This document shows, piece after piece, positions 62,101-64,000 of a stretch of 64,000 bases of DNA. The position numbers were made by a program, and so were the translations under genes. This DNA is from Raja brachyura (taxonomy: Eukaryota). The notes under the pieces were generated by a model that was not told the origin of the DNA, did not search any database, and saw nothing but the letters and a program-made list of their open reading frames with translations. Numbering within the stretch: position 1 is the stretch's first letter; every line of letters starts with the position of its first letter. The stretch lies in the NCBI GenBank assembly GCA_963514005.1, contig OY740808.1, positions 12,772,001-12,836,000 of the forward strand, written 5' to 3'.

Positions 62101-64000
62101 AACTGTCCCTATCGCGACTGTGGGGCTTGGGAACAAGTGCGGAACTGCTGGATCCAGATGCGACACGTGTGATGGACTAATTTATGATAAAAGGGCGGAA
62201 ATAGTTCCCTAAAGAATTAGGACACCTCCGATGTTCTAGTCTTGAACGTCTCATCTTGGGAGAAAAACTAGCGGCGAAAGCGGAATTTGTAGTAGCATTT
62301 GAAAGTGGCAGAGTGGGAATACGTAGGCCAGATAACAAGAATACATAACATTTTAACTCCTTCCCATTTCCACTCTGTTTACTGTCCTGGACCCCTCAAA
62401 TGAGCCCACGCGCAAATTGGAATAATAGCGCCTCATATTTCGCTTGTGCACCTTACAACTCAGCGGTATGAACATTGATTAGTTTAATTTCAAGTACTGC
62501 TTCATCCCCCCCCCCCCCCCCCCCCCCCCGTAGCCCGTAGAGAGAAAGAACTATTTCGTTTTCAGTGCCAGAAAAGATGGGTGGGGGGGGGATCTCGAGA
62601 ACACAGTTCCTCTGATAGATTTTAACTGGGTGAACGGGCCAGTTCCAAGCACTTGCCCTATGTTTAACTGTCGATGTATTTTCTTGTTAATGGAGTGGTT
62701 GAGGGGCATGTAAAAGCACAGAATAAGGAACATGGAGCCAAATAATGACGACGGGCAGAAGAAACGACTGATTTGCCTAAAATTAGGAAATTTGATTCTG
62801 AATCGGGATAGCTGTAACTCGTTACAATAATAAGTTCACGTTCACAATTAGTAGAATTAGGCCGCTCGGCCAAACCCTAAAACCCTTGACACCCGTTGTA
62901 ATCAAGAATGTGTCTATCTCCACTGATCCACATCAAAAATATCACATGAATATCACATGAAACCGAAATTGAAGCTCCGGATTCAATTTACGGACTGAGT
63001 ACAGGTGCTCCATAAAGCAATGCATGTTTGTTTCCTCGTATGTAAAGGAATGTGCGCTGCGAACACAACACTGGAAGAGTTTTACAATCCCTGGACGGTA
63101 AGAAGACTGTAAGAGGTGAAAGCACAGGCGGTGAATAATTCAAATGCAAGGGTGATTGGAGAGGCAGGGCTCCATATCGGCGTCAGCTTTTCTTCTGAAC
63201 AATGTAGCTACCCTCCATGAGGGGACGTTACATGGCAGCGAGCAATCACGCTTCATATAACTGCCTCTACTGAACAATACCACTCCCCCTGCACCTCTCC
63301 TCAAAAATTAAATTTCAAGAACACAGCTCACTTTGAAAATTGGGGATCACCTTTCATGAGTCCTCACAAGCAAGGCAGGCTTTGATGACTAAAATCCCCA
63401 GTGATGCCTTTGTAGAGCCTCACGCAGACTATGGAAACTGACGTTCGAAGGTCAATACCTCGAACCATGAAATACAATTTCTGCTAACCAACAGCAATCG
63501 ACAGATTCTTGAACATGTCGCTCATTCAGGTAACCTGGCGAACCAACGCACAAGTTGCCTATGCGTTGTACGTGAGAACGCCCAAACCTATTGGCACCAG
63601 AAGTGAAGGTTTGCCAGCATTGTTTCACAGGCCAACACTAAACCTTCCACGTTCTGATCAGCTACTCAACATTGTTGAGAGCTGTGTGTGAGTAAGGGAT
63701 GGCAGGGATGGTGATTTGGTGTCCATATTCTTGGTGTACAGATCCAAGACCAAACTGCTGAAGCAAGCACTCTACTCTGAGCTATATTGTGCAATGATAT
63801 TGTGAGGACAGGATAAATGCGTCAAGGGCATTTGAACCCCTCCCCCCTACCCCATTGATAAAATGTGACAGCGTCGCTTCGTTATAAGTATCTTTGGATT
63901 GCAACCACTGAAAAAGGGAAGTGGAACAGCAAGTATGTTACTGACTACGTTAAGTCTCTATGACGGAAGTTAAAGCACGAGAAAATAACAGAATTAGAGC

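Larger units (their letters stand above)
56538..64000. repeat. Tandem duplication unit 4 (partial, runs off the window)
   Basis: 56540 matches 688 and 20121; the window end matches ~45325. Confidence 0.8.

Overview
Eukaryotic, repeat-rich DNA from a cartilaginous fish, most likely a skate or ray (inferred from the immunoglobulin organisation and repeat families). There are no prokaryotic-type features. The core of the window is a head-to-tail tandem array of a 15-22 kb duplicated unit (approx. 1-19450, 19451-34260, 34261-56537, 56538-end). The three complete units each carry one apparently intact minus-strand immunoglobulin light-chain gene: leader exon, germline-joined VJ exon with no RSS, and a lambda/type II-like C exon. 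Each has a TATA/CCAAT promoter, GT-AG splice sites and an AATAAA signal. All three VJ exons share an 8-aa CDR3 and have an unusually long CDR2, and they show patchwork divergence (FR2 identical, part of FR3 about 30% different). The rest is layered transposon debris: CR1 LINEs, Rex1/Babar LINEs (one nested), an L1 3' end, a Tc1 transposon, V-SINEs, a palindromic MITE, Penelope-like remnants with minimal hammerhead-ribozyme motifs, and an internally deleted DIRS1-like element with intact termini and ICR. There are two assembly gaps. Ig exon boundaries were read base by base; most repeat boundaries are approximate.
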